Assembly (NCBI RefSeq): GCF_023169545.1
Contig: NZ_AP019769.1
Span: 240,001-272,000 of the forward strand
Direction of reading: 5' to 3'
DNA: 32,000 bases
Source of the DNA: Nanobdella aerobiophila
Lineage (GTDB): Archaea > Nanobdellota > Nanobdellia > Nanobdellales > Nanobdellaceae
Shown here: in pieces, positions 1-8,394 of the stretch
Position numbering within the stretch: the first letter of the stretch is position 1
Layout: every line of letters starts with the position of its first letter
Program-made: the position numbers and the translations under genes
Notes under the pieces: generated by a model
Database searches by the model: none
Told to the model about the DNA's origin: nothing
Seen by the model: only the letters and a program-made list of their open reading frames with translations

Positions 1-126
1 AACATTACTTTCTACTACTTCTATTTTATTAGATAATATAGAATATATATCATAAAATAATGCAACTAGTAATATAATAAAAAATAATAATATTCTCCAA
101 TCTTTTAGAAATGATTTTATATTCAT
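1..126 (-). CDS. 5' end of a membrane or secreted protein gene that runs off the window (partial)
   Basis: A minus-strand ATG at 126-124 opens a frame with no stop down to position 1: MNIKSFLKDWRILLFFIILLVALFYDIYSILSNKIEVVESNV. A basic N-terminus is followed by a hydrophobic segment. It is absent from the ORF track because it is truncated. Confidence 0.3.
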   Translation of the reverse strand, partial: MNIKSFLKDWRILLFFIILLVALFYDIYSILSNKIEVVESNV

Positions 127-150
127 AAGTTCATTATATATGAAACCTTT

Positions 151-732
151 TTATGGTTTACCTCTCGAATATCCTCTTGTTACCCCCATTGCTACAATAT
201 GCGCTATTCTAACTGGTTCTGGTATCCTTGAGTATTTTGAGGTTAACTTTATTATATTTATTGCAGTATCAAGGTCAGTCCCATAATATTGAAAAAATAA
301 TCTTCCGTACATAGTATCATAAAAATTTATTTCAGGATAATTATTTATTATATCTATTCTCTTTTGATAATTATGTATCTTTTTTGCAGCTAGTTTAAAT
401 TTTTCGATATTGGGTCTTTTTCTTACTACAGATATTATAGGCAGATTTAAATTATTATAAAGATATTTAAAATCTATTAGGTTAAAGCCACCAAAGGAGA
501 CACCATTTGTCATAATTATTCTTAATTGATTATAGTGAGTTGTTCTTTTTATCATATCTATTATTTTTTCATTTACATCAAATCCGTCAATTTCTATTTT
601 ATTAGATAATACGCCATCTATTTGCTTATATCCTCTAAATATTACTCCAATTATTATAGTTTCTTTATCTATCTTTTTATTAAAATATCCATCATCAATT
701 CCAATTATCCTGATTTCTCTTTTGATATCCAT
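151..732 (-). CDS. UPF0215/DUF99 family protein (endonuclease V-like fold)
   Basis: N-terminal IIGIDDGYF and C-terminal SRIPEPVRIAHIVA match the conserved ends of archaeal DUF99 proteins. Length is 193 aa. Confidence 0.75.
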   Translation of the reverse strand: MDIKREIRIIGIDDGYFNKKIDKETIIIGVIFRGYKQIDGVLSNKIEIDGFDVNEKIIDMIKRTTHYNQLRIIMTNGVSFGGFNLIDFKYLYNNLNLPIISVVRKRPNIEKFKLAAKKIHNYQKRIDIINNYPEINFYDTMYGRLFFQYYGTDLDTAINIIKLTSKYSRIPEPVRIAHIVAMGVTRGYSRGKP

Positions 733-1289
733 TTATTAATATATTTTTCCCAATCGAATTTAAAGAATATTATGCTTAAAATAATAAATATTATTGAAGA
801 GTATATAGATAAATTAATTAATGATACATTTACAATTGTACTAATTTCTTTTAATATATTTATCTCTATAAAGAGCTCTATGAATGATTTTATTATCTTT
901 CCAAATAGCTCTATAATATAATACAATACTATTCTTATCTTTTCTATACCGAATGATAAAAATAATAGATCGTCTAATGGTAAGAATGGCAATATGGCTA
1001 GTAAGAATATTATTATTATAAAATATTTATTTCTATATATACTTTTTATAAAGTTCATATTTTTATTGTTTTTCAATGGTTTAGATAATAATAGACCAAT
1101 AATATACATAATCAATTTTCCAGTTGCTGCTCCTATGCCAAGTATTGTTGAAATTATTAATATATTAAGATTATTTATTCCTAATTTTACTAGTATAGGT
1201 ATAGATAATAATGTAAATGGAGCTCCGAACAATGGAAAGGCGTTTAATATAAAAGATTCAAAGAATATATATAAAAAATAATATATCAT
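705..1289 (-). CDS. Integral membrane protein, possibly DedA/YqaA (VTT/SNARE-associated) like
   Basis: 194 aa with multiple hydrophobic helices. AFPLFGAPFTLL and LPFLPLDDLLFLSFG resemble VTT-domain motifs. It overlaps the MBF1 stop by 4 nt and the DUF99 start by 28 nt. Confidence 0.5.
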   Translation of the reverse strand: MIYYFLYIFFESFILNAFPLFGAPFTLLSIPILVKLGINNLNILIISTILGIGAATGKLIMYIIGLLLSKPLKNNKNMNFIKSIYRNKYFIIIIFLLAILPFLPLDDLLFLSFGIEKIRIVLYYIIELFGKIIKSFIELFIEINILKEISTIVNVSLINLSIYSSIIFIILSIIFFKFDWEKYINKWISKEKSG

Positions 1290-1729
1290 TCTTCAAAATC
1301 TATTATATCTCCTACTGTAACATAATCATGGTTTTTTCTATCTCTGTTATTTTCTGTTAAAACTTCTTTCTTTATTATCTTTATATTTAATTCTTTTTCT
1401 ATTTTTTTAGCTGTATTTATATCTGGCATTATCTTTTTATTTTCTATTGCTTTATATAAGCTTTCTTTCATATTCAATTTTCTAGCCATGTCTTCTTGTT
1501 TTAAATTATTTTCTTCTCTGTATTTTATTAGTAATTTATTATAATCTTCATCTATTACTTCTGAAACGATCTCCATCACTTTTGTATTCTTGTTATTTAC
1601 TAGATTATTATTCTCATCTACTTCTTTTCCATATCTTTTACAGTCAATACATACTTTTAATATTGAGTTTTCTATGAGTACTCTATATAATCTTTCAGTG
1701 TTTTTTCCACAGAGTTCACAGGTCTTCAT
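1286..1729 (-). CDS. mbf1: Archaeal multiprotein bridging factor 1 (Zn-ribbon plus XRE-type HTH)
   Basis: N-terminal CELCG...CIDCKRYG zinc ribbon. The C-terminal helix-turn-helix (NLKQEDMARKLNMKESLYKAIENKKIMPDINTAKKIEKEL) has the aMBF1 architecture. Confidence 0.85.
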   Translation of the reverse strand: MKTCELCGKNTERLYRVLIENSILKVCIDCKRYGKEVDENNNLVNNKNTKVMEIVSEVIDEDYNKLLIKYREENNLKQEDMARKLNMKESLYKAIENKKIMPDINTAKKIEKELNIKIIKKEVLTENNRDRKNHDYVTVGDIIDFEE

Positions 1730-2349
1730 TTTAATAATTTTAGTATTTCATCTTTATATTCTAATGCAATTATTACTCCTACTATAATACCAAAAGATAT
1801 TGATGTAGACATAAGAAAATAATATAAAGTATTTATTAATATCTGGGAATTTAGACCTATATATGATAGTGCTATGGATAAAAAGATATAAATAAATAGG
1901 CCTTTTATTAGATTCTTAGCACCATTTTTTGTCTTGAACAATGAAGAAATCACTTCTCCGATTCCGACTCCAACTAAAACTATTATAATAGATATATAAA
2001 TGTAATTTAATATAGTAAAGAGTATATACGATTGTGGAAGATTAATGTATAATCCTAGAATGATAAAATATATTATTATATAATACTTTAATAAGTCTAT
2101 AATTATATTAGATAATTTTCTACCGAAGAACATCTCTTTATAAATCAAGGTCAGATTATCTATATTTAAATAATTTAATATTATTTTTGTAAAAAATATT
2201 GTTATTTTTGATACTACATAACCTATAGATAAGAATACTATTAATATAATAAAATCAGCAGTGTAGGTAGGTAACTGAGTAATCGTATCTAAAATTCTAT
2301 ATCCTATTATATTATATATTTTTATTAAAACTTGCCCTATGAAATCCAT
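1726..2349 (-). CDS. Integral membrane protein of unknown function
   Basis: 207 aa with about 5-6 hydrophobic segments. It overlaps mbf1 by 4 nt. The opposite-strand ORF is short and low-complexity. Confidence 0.6.
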   Translation of the reverse strand: MDFIGQVLIKIYNIIGYRILDTITQLPTYTADFIILIVFLSIGYVVSKITIFFTKIILNYLNIDNLTLIYKEMFFGRKLSNIIIDLLKYYIIIYFIILGLYINLPQSYILFTILNYIYISIIIVLVGVGIGEVISSLFKTKNGAKNLIKGLFIYIFLSIALSYIGLNSQILINTLYYFLMSTSISFGIIVGVIIALEYKDEILKLLK

Positions 2350-2404
2350 TATCTATATACATTATAAATTTTTATAAAATGAAATAATGAATATATAAAA
2401 ATTC

Positions 2405-2477
2405 GGGCCTATGGCTCAGAGGCTAGAGCGTCCGGCTGATAACCGGGAGGTCGGGGGTTCGAATCCCCCTAGGCCCA
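2405..2477 (+). tRNA. tRNA-Ile (anticodon GAU)
   Basis: The cloverleaf folds by hand: acceptor GGGCCTA/TAGGCCC, D stem GCTC/GAGC, anticodon stem TCCGG/CCGGG with loop CTGATAA, T arm GGGGG-TTCGAAT-CCCCC, discriminator A. No CCA is encoded. It is a GC-rich island in AT-rich DNA. Confidence 0.92.
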
Positions 2478-2533
2478 TAATATTTATGGTTGTGCAATAT
2501 TTTAGATTTCTGTTTAATTATGTATATTAAAAA

Positions 2534-2643
2534 TGCGGGGGAGGGGATTTGAACCCCTGGCGGGCCTTAACCCATCGGGTTTCTTACTAATATTATTTAT
2601 TCGGTCTTAAGCCCGACCCCTTTGGCCGCTCGGGCACCCCCGC
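2534..2643 (-). tRNA. tRNA-Leu (anticodon UAA), type II with long variable arm, interrupted by an intron of about 25 nt
   Basis: The reverse complement reads GCGGGGG-TG-CCCGAGCGGCCAAAGGGG-TCGGG-CTTAAG-[ACCGAATAAATAATATTAGTAAGAA]-A-CCCGA-TGGGTTAAGGCCCGCC-AGGGG-TTCAAAT-CCCCT-CCCCCGC-A. The acceptor and T stems are perfect, and the mature length of about 85 nt fits tRNA-Leu. Confidence 0.88.
2581..2605 (-). other. tRNA-Leu intron at the canonical 37/38 position (boundaries +/-1 nt)
   Basis: A 25-nt AT-rich insert separates the anticodon loop CTTAAG from the 3' anticodon-stem strand CCCGA. Removing it restores a 5-bp anticodon stem and a 7-nt loop. Confidence 0.75.
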
Positions 2644-2701
2644 ATTATCTTTTTATTAATATCGATTTCTTTTTTAAAGTTTTTTTCTTATAGATATATG
2701 A

Positions 2702-3121
2702 ATGGTAAATGTATATAAAAGAATAGGACTGTCAGTATATCAGGGTAAAGATAATAGAAAAGAGAACGGAAAATTAAAAGTTTCAAATAGTAAAAAAAGA
2801 AAACATAATTATGGTAGAAATCCTGTACTAACTAAATTATCTAAAGATGATAAAGAAATAAGATATATAATTAGAACTAAGGGTGGGAATACAAAAGTGA
2901 AGCTTAAATCTGCTCTATATGCAAATGTATTAAATCCTGATACAAAAGAAATTAAGAAATCTAAAATATTAGAAATATTAAAAAATCCAAATGATAAAAA
3001 TTTAGATAGGGAAAAAATAATAACAAAAAATACAGTAATTAATACTAGTCTTGGAAAAGCAGTGGTGGTATCGAGACCGGGTCAGGATGGAATCATAAAT
3101 GCAGTATTAATAAAACAATAA
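2702..3121 (+). CDS. rps8e: 30S ribosomal protein S8e
   Basis: YQGKDNRK, RTKGGNTKVKL and the C-terminal VSRPGQDGIINAVLI are S8e signatures. The start codon is uncertain: about 9 extra N-terminal residues relative to typical S8e. Confidence 0.85.
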   Translation: MVNVYKRIGLSVYQGKDNRKENGKLKVSNSKKRKHNYGRNPVLTKLSKDDKEIRYIIRTKGGNTKVKLKSALYANVLNPDTKEIKKSKILEILKNPNDKNLDREKIITKNTVINTSLGKAVVVSRPGQDGIINAVLIKQ

Positions 3122-3181
3122 TCTTTCTTAAATCTAAAAATAAAACATATATTTATAAAATCTTTTTTTATACTCTTTCTT

Positions 3182-3400
3182 ATGGAAATAATCAGACCTT
3201 TGGATATAATAACACAATCTAAGGGAAAAGAGATATTGGTAGAGATGAAGAATGGTAAACAGTATAAGGGTAAGTTAGTAGCATCAGATGTGCATCCAAA
3301 TATGGTACTAGAAGAAGTAACAGAATTAGATACGAATAAGAAATTGCCTTGGATATTCCTAAGGGGAGATAATATATCTTTAATAAAACCTCCAGAATAA
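3182..3400 (+). CDS. Sm-like (LSm/SmAP) RNA-binding protein
   Basis: 72 aa. Sm1/Sm2-like pattern: PLDIITQSKGKEILVEMKNGKQYKGKLVASDVHPNMVLEEV ... IFLRGDNISLI. Confidence 0.85.
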   Translation: MEIIRPLDIITQSKGKEILVEMKNGKQYKGKLVASDVHPNMVLEEVTELDTNKKLPWIFLRGDNISLIKPPE

Positions 3401-3404
3401 AAAT

Positions 3405-3656
3405 TTATACTATATCGTCTTCAGATACGACGATATAGTCTCCTATTGCTTTTACGGCCATAAAAGGGACTAAAAATCCATCCTTTGTTTTTTCTAATCC
3501 CAATCTCTGACTATTATCGGTTGGAGATTTTAATATAATATTTAGTACTTCCCCACTTCTTTCTTCAAATTGTAAGTCTGCGACATCTCCCAGTTTCCTT
3601 CCTTTATCAGTAACTACAGACTTGTTTATGAGTGCTATAGATTCGTATCTATCCAT
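3405..3656 (-). CDS. PRC-barrel domain protein
   Basis: 83 aa. The pattern INKSVVTDKGRKLGDVADLQFEERSGEVLNIIL ... IGDYIVVSEDDI is typical of small archaeal PRC-barrel proteins. Confidence 0.7.
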   Translation of the reverse strand: MDRYESIALINKSVVTDKGRKLGDVADLQFEERSGEVLNIILKSPTDNSQRLGLEKTKDGFLVPFMAVKAIGDYIVVSEDDIV

Positions 3657-3688
3657 ATATAAAAATACACATTATGAAATTATAAAGC

Positions 3689-4666
3689 TTATGCATCCCT
3701 TATACCTTCTTCAGTTATTCTAAATATAGCTTCTCTCTCAGGTAAATGTGGGGCATCAATTAATCTTGCTATCCTGGTCCTATCTTTACCTTTTCTCATA
3801 AATATTCTATATGTTATTGCATGTGCTAATACATGTCCACCAACTGCTTGCTGATCTATGGCGAAGAAGCCTTCTGGTTTTGCCATAACTTGGTTAGTTA
3901 CATATACGGCAATATTATATACTGTTGCTAATTTTAATAAATCTCTTAGATGCTGATTTAGCCTTTGTTGCCTTTCGGCTAAATTACTTCTTCCAACATA
4001 TTCTGCCCTAAAATGAGCAGTAATTGAATCAATAACTAATAATCTTATATTCCTACCTTCGTGTATTAAAGATGGTAATCTTTTAACTATATTTATTTGA
4101 TGATCTGAATTATATGCCCTAATAAATAATATGTTTCTTAAGGCAGAATCGGGATCTATTTGTGAACCCTTTGCTATTTGTATTATCCTTTCAGGTCTAA
4201 ATGTACCTTCTGTATCTATATAGACTGCTTGTGCAACCTTATCTGGTTCACTTAATCCTCCTTTTTCCTTTGGTAATTGTATATTTACTGCTAGTTGATG
4301 CCCAAGCTGTGTTTTTCCGGATCCAAATTCTCCGAATGCTTCTACTAGAGATTGTGTTTCTAAACCTCCACCAAGTAAATCATCTAGTGCATGGGAGCTT
4401 GTAGTTATTCTTTCTACATTTTTTCTTGATTCATAATATTCATAAGCTGTCTTAAATCCTTTCCCAACCATATCTTGAGCTAATTCTACTAATTTCTTGG
4501 CAGTTTCCTCTCCAACTCCTGCTTTTTCTATTAATTCATGAGCAGAAGTCATAGCTAAATCTTCTATAGTCATTATACCAGACTCCCTCAATTTTTGTGC
4601 AGTTTTTGGTCCTACACCTGGTAAGTCTTCTAGATCTACTATCTCCTTATTTTCTTCATCTACCAT
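3689..4666 (-). CDS. radA: DNA repair and recombination protein RadA
   Basis: N-terminal HhH ([19 protein letters not shown]), Walker [10 protein letters not shown], Walker B LLVIDS, and RadA/Rad51-wide similarity across 325 aa. Confidence 0.95.
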   Translation of the reverse strand: MVDEENKEIVDLEDLPGVGPKTAQKLRESGIMTIEDLAMTSAHELIEKAGVGEETAKKLVELAQDMVGKGFKTAYEYYESRKNVERITTSSHALDDLLGGGLETQSLVEAFGEFGSGKTQLGHQLAVNIQLPKEKGGLSEPDKVAQAVYIDTEGTFRPERIIQIAKGSQIDPDSALRNILFIRAYNSDHQINIVKRLPSLIHEGRNIRLLVIDSITAHFRAEYVGRSNLAERQQRLNQHLRDLLKLATVYNIAVYVTNQVMAKPEGFFAIDQQAVGGHVLAHAITYRIFMRKGKDRTRIARLIDAPHLPEREAIFRITEEGIRDA

Positions 4667-4688
4667 CTAAGATATATAAAATCAATAT

Positions 4689-5279
4689 TTATATTTTTAA
4701 AAATTCTTTAATTAAAATATTCTTAATATCTTCTTTACTTAATGATAAATAATTTAAGTACTCAATCTCTTTATTATTTAATTTTAATGTTTTTGAACCA
4801 TGAAATCCTCTAGATTTTTTGTTGAATACGTCTAGTATTGGTAATAATATTGAAATTCCATTCTCATCATATACTATTTGGTTTAGTCTTGCATCAGAAT
4901 TTTCAGAATTATGTGGTATATATATTCTCGAAATTATAACAGCTTTATTTTTATTATATATCTTTTCATCAAATTTTGAATTTATATTAGAATATATATT
5001 ATATAGATTATATATGTATATCTCTTTATTATTATCTAATAGAAAGTTTATATTTACATTTTTATTTACTATAAATTCATTATATAATATTGCTTTATTT
5101 TGATTGTTTATTATTATATTTAAATTTTCGCTATTTATATAAAATTTATTTATATATATATTATTTCCAGGATTAATATTTATATTTTCCGTATTATATA
5201 TATTTTCTATTATATTATATCTATCAAATTCCTTATCATAATATTTCCTAAACAGATCTTTAAAATATTGAGAATCCAT
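4689..5279 (-). CDS. Miniaturised SufB/SufD-like Fe-S assembly scaffold protein
   Basis: The C-terminus LPILDVFNKKSRGFHGSKTLKLNNKEIEYLNYLSLSKEDIKNILIKEFL parallels the SufB/D signature (P-LeI...H-atvG-ld-e-lFYL-sRGi...A-ll-gF). The upstream part consists of short repetitive beta-strand-like N/I segments. It overlaps sufC by 20 nt. Only 196 aa. Confidence 0.5.
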   Translation of the reverse strand: MDSQYFKDLFRKYYDKEFDRYNIIENIYNTENININPGNNIYINKFYINSENLNIIINNQNKAILYNEFIVNKNVNINFLLDNNKEIYIYNLYNIYSNINSKFDEKIYNKNKAVIISRIYIPHNSENSDARLNQIVYDENGISILLPILDVFNKKSRGFHGSKTLKLNNKEIEYLNYLSLSKEDIKNILIKEFLKI

Positions 5280-5949
5280 GTTCTTCTATCTTATTTATTA
5301 TTTCTTTTGATCCTATATATTTTATTTCGCCATTTAATAATATCATTACAACATCTATATTAATATCTTTTATAAATTTCATATTATGAGATATTATTAT
5401 AATTATCTTGCCTTCATTCTTTAATTTATTTATATAGTATTTTAGTTTTTCCATAAACTCTATATCAGATCCTGAATCTATCTCATCAAATATAATTACA
5501 TCTCTATTTAATAATATTGATAATAATAAGGATAACCTCTTCTTTTCTCCACCAGATAAATTATGATTTATTCCTCTGTCCAAAAAATTATCTGGCAGTC
5601 CTAATTCTTGGCCTATTTTTTTAATATTTTCTTCATTATAATTTTTTAATATATTCATTAATATGGTTCTTGTTTTTATGTTTTCAATCTCTATTGGATT
5701 TTGAAAAGAATAGTATATATATTTTGCAATTTCTTCAGTCTTCATATTTGTTATATCTATATCATTTAGAATTATTCTTCCTTCTTTTCTATAATTTATA
5801 TCATTTAATATAGCCTTAGATAATGTTGTTTTACCAGATCCATTAGGTCCAAATATTAAATATATTTTACCATTTTCAAAATCAAGATTTATATTATTCA
5901 ATATCTTTTTATCTTCAGAGTATATACTTAAATTTTCTATTTTTAGCAT
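5260..5949 (-). CDS. sufC: Fe-S cluster assembly ATPase SufC (ABC-type ATPase)
   Basis: Walker A GPNGSGKTT, signature LSGGEKKR, Walker B IIFDEIDSG, H-loop ISHN. No transmembrane partner is present, and a SufB/D-like gene lies immediately downstream. Confidence 0.8.
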   Translation of the reverse strand: MLKIENLSIYSEDKKILNNINLDFENGKIYLIFGPNGSGKTTLSKAILNDINYRKEGRIILNDIDITNMKTEEIAKYIYYSFQNPIEIENIKTRTILMNILKNYNEENIKKIGQELGLPDNFLDRGINHNLSGGEKKRLSLLLSILLNRDVIIFDEIDSGSDIEFMEKLKYYINKLKNEGKIIIIISHNMKFIKDINIDVVMILLNGEIKYIGSKEIINKIEEHGFSIF

Positions 5950-5988
5950 TAAAGTTTTATATAAAAAATATTTTTAAATATAACAGGG

Positions 5989-6504
5989 TTATAATTTCCT
6001 AGCTTTCTTAAAAGATGGAGTTAGTCCCCTTAAAGCTCTTTTTCTGTTTTTTCTATACAATAGCCAGGAATATTCTTCTCTATTATATATATTTGGATTA
6101 TTTGGATCTGCCATTATAATTTCGTACCATTTATATTTTCCATCTTCAGCTACATAATATGAGTTTATTACTTCTAGATTTGAATACTTTCTCTGTGCTC
6201 TCTGTTCAGCAATCGACCTTAATGATATATCTAGAGGTCTATAATAGTAGTAATTTACAGTTTTTACATGTCTTGGCATATCTTTTCTCTTCCTTAGTCC
6301 TTTCTTCACTCTTATTCTTAATAATACAATGCCATTTAGTGGTTTCCAGCCTAATCTTCTTGCTTTATCTAATCTAGTAGGCCTATAAATTCTATGTATC
6401 TCTGGTTGCCTTCTAAATTCAACTAATCTATTTATCCATATCCTTTTAGTTAGCTCATTATCATCCCTCCAAAATTTTCTAATATATTTATATATAGATG
6501 TCAT
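5989..6504 (-). CDS. rpl15e: 50S ribosomal protein L15e
   Basis: YKYIRKFWR..., RPTRLDKARRLGWKP.. and GIVLLRIRVKKG match L15e over 171 aa. Confidence 0.9.
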   Translation of the reverse strand: MTSIYKYIRKFWRDDNELTKRIWINRLVEFRRQPEIHRIYRPTRLDKARRLGWKPLNGIVLLRIRVKKGLRKRKDMPRHVKTVNYYYYRPLDISLRSIAEQRAQRKYSNLEVINSYYVAEDGKYKWYEIIMADPNNPNIYNREEYSWLLYRKNRKRALRGLTPSFKKARKL

Positions 6505-6749
6505 TTCTTTTCTTCTTTTTCTTCTGATTTTTGTTCCTCTTCTAATTCCTTCTCCACTTCCTTTAATTCCTTCTCTAATTTTTTATCTTCAATTCCAATC
6601 CAAAGTAATATTATTCCTATTATAAATAATATTGGCCCTATTATCCCTTTTATGACTATTATAAATTCTGATAACCAGTACCATATCATAGCTAGTCCTA
6701 ATAATAATAAAACAACACCTATAATAGATTCCTTTATCCAGTCGTTCAT
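6501..6749 (-). CDS. Small two-TM membrane protein with a highly charged E/K C-terminal tail
   Basis: 82 aa with two clear hydrophobic helices, followed by EDKKLEKELKEVEKELEEEQKSEEKEEKK. It overlaps the rpl15e start by 4 nt. Confidence 0.55.
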   Translation of the reverse strand: MNDWIKESIIGVVLLLLGLAMIWYWLSEFIIVIKGIIGPILFIIGIILLWIGIEDKKLEKELKEVEKELEEEQKSEEKEEKK

Positions 6750-6787
6750 CTTAATATAACTATAAATAAATCTTTTAAATATAATAC

Positions 6788-7666
6788 ATGAATGAAATAT
6801 TGCTTGAACTAAAGAATCTAATAGACCAGATCCCTAAAGGTTATGTTAGTACATTTAAAATATTATCATATTATTTAGGCTCAGAATATGCTGTAAGGTT
6901 TATATTAAATTATTATAGGAATTTGAATACAAATTGGTGGAGATTAGTCAATGAAAAAGGAATAATTTATAATGAGGAACAAAGAAAATTATTATTAAAT
7001 GAGAATATAAATATAGTAGGTAATAAAGTTGATTTAAATAAATATCTATTCAAAGATTTTAAAGTAAAAGAAAGAATATTAGAGAAATATAGAAATATAC
7101 AGATACAGCTAGCAAATAAAATAGTATTGAAAGACATAAAAAAATGTAATATAATTGGTGGAGTGGATCTAAGCTATAAAGGAGATATAGCATATGTTGT
7201 TTATACAATATTCGATAAAGATTTAAATTTATTGAATAGTTATATATATCAATATAATGTTGATTTTCCATATATACCATCTTTTTTATCTTTTAGAGAA
7301 GGAAATCCAATAATAAATACATTTGGTAATATAAAAGAAAAAATAGATTTATTATTTGTAAATGGACATGGGATAATACATCCATATAAAATGGGTCTTG
7401 CTTCATATATTGGTGTTATCTTAAATATACCAACCATTGGTGTGGCAAAATCCTTATTATATGGAAAGTTAATTAGCAATAATATTTATATAGATAAAGA
7501 GTTAGTGGGGTATAAAATAATTAAGTTTAATAGATCTATTTTTGTCTCTCCCGGAAATCTAATTACATTAGAAAATGCAAAAACAATATCTGAAAAATAT
7601 TGGATTAGAGGCGCCTATCCAGAACCGCTAAGATTAGCAGATTATATAAGCAAGAAAATAAAATGA
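6788..7666 (+). CDS. nfi: Fusion protein: N-terminal alkyltransferase-like (ATL/MGMT DNA-binding domain, Cys replaced by Trp) plus C-terminal endonuclease V
   Basis: Residues 1-85 (IPKGYVSTFKILSYYLGSEYAVRFILNYYRNLNTNWWRLVNEKG) align with the MGMT C-terminal domain, but IPCHRV is replaced by TNWWRLV. Residues ~100-292 carry the EndoV motifs GGVDLSY, YIPSFLSFREG, VNGHGIIHPYKMGLASYIGV and PTIGVAKS. Confidence 0.8.
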   Translation: MNEILLELKNLIDQIPKGYVSTFKILSYYLGSEYAVRFILNYYRNLNTNWWRLVNEKGIIYNEEQRKLLLNENINIVGNKVDLNKYLFKDFKVKERILEKYRNIQIQLANKIVLKDIKKCNIIGGVDLSYKGDIAYVVYTIFDKDLNLLNSYIYQYNVDFPYIPSFLSFREGNPIINTFGNIKEKIDLLFVNGHGIIHPYKMGLASYIGVILNIPTIGVAKSLLYGKLISNNIYIDKELVGYKIIKFNRSIFVSPGNLITLENAKTISEKYWIRGAYPEPLRLADYISKKIK

Positions 7667-7950
7667 TTATTTTGTATATATCATAATAATTATATATAAT
7701 ATTTCTAGCTTTTTATTATAGATATATAGAGTATTTTTTCCTCGATATTATATATATTTTTTATAATTTAATAGCGATGGCCATTAAATATAAAAAATCC
7801 CTTATTAGTTACAAATATTATATTTTTATCTTTTAGAAAATTGTATATTTTGTATAAAATCTCATAGTTGTATATACTTCTATATCTGTTAAGAGGATTT
7901 TAAATTTTTTTACTTTTTTAAAAAATTTATATTATTATTTATCTTTCTAT

Positions 7951-8352
7951 CTATTCTTTGAATCCTTGAACTATTATTTTTTCTCCAATATCCCAAACTA
8001 AAACCTTTTGTCCTTCTTGTATTCTTCCTTTCATATCATCATCTAATATTTTTGCATCAAATGTCTCATAAGTATCTAAATTCATTACTGTATATTGTAT
8101 ATCTGAAACTTTTGCTATTACTTGTCCTCTTATTTTATTTATTATTGGAACTTCTATCGGGTCTTGTGTTGGTTTTACTAGTTCTGTTGTCTTCCCAGAA
8201 ATTATAGACCTTATAACAATTCTAGCTTTAGCAGAACCATGTTTACCTGTTTTTGCTGTTTCCATTTCTAGTACTTCCCATGCTTCATTATTATACCATA
8301 CATATGATCCTTTTTTCAAATCAACTACTTTTTTTACTTGTATCTCTGGCAT
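7951..8352 (-). CDS. eif5a: Translation initiation factor 5A (aIF5A)
   Basis: Hypusine-site motif KTGKHGSAKARI. 133 aa, with an SH3-like N-domain plus an OB C-domain pattern. Confidence 0.9.
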   Translation of the reverse strand: MPEIQVKKVVDLKKGSYVWYNNEAWEVLEMETAKTGKHGSAKARIVIRSIISGKTTELVKPTQDPIEVPIINKIRGQVIAKVSDIQYTVMNLDTYETFDAKILDDDMKGRIQEGQKVLVWDIGEKIIVQGFKE

Positions 8353-8394
8353 AGATTATATATAATCTAAAAATGTTTATATTATTTATATTTC

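Noticed and set aside
8353-8394. Individual promoter (BRE/TATA) and terminator (oligo-T) calls, for example in the 42-bp divergent spacer between aIF5A and the M16 peptidase, or TTTATAAA about 30 nt upstream of tRNA-Ile.
   Set aside because: With background A+T this high, TATA-like and T-run sequences occur by chance almost everywhere, so position-specific calls cannot be supported from sequence alone. The very short spacers do suggest leaderless transcripts and overlapping divergent promoters.
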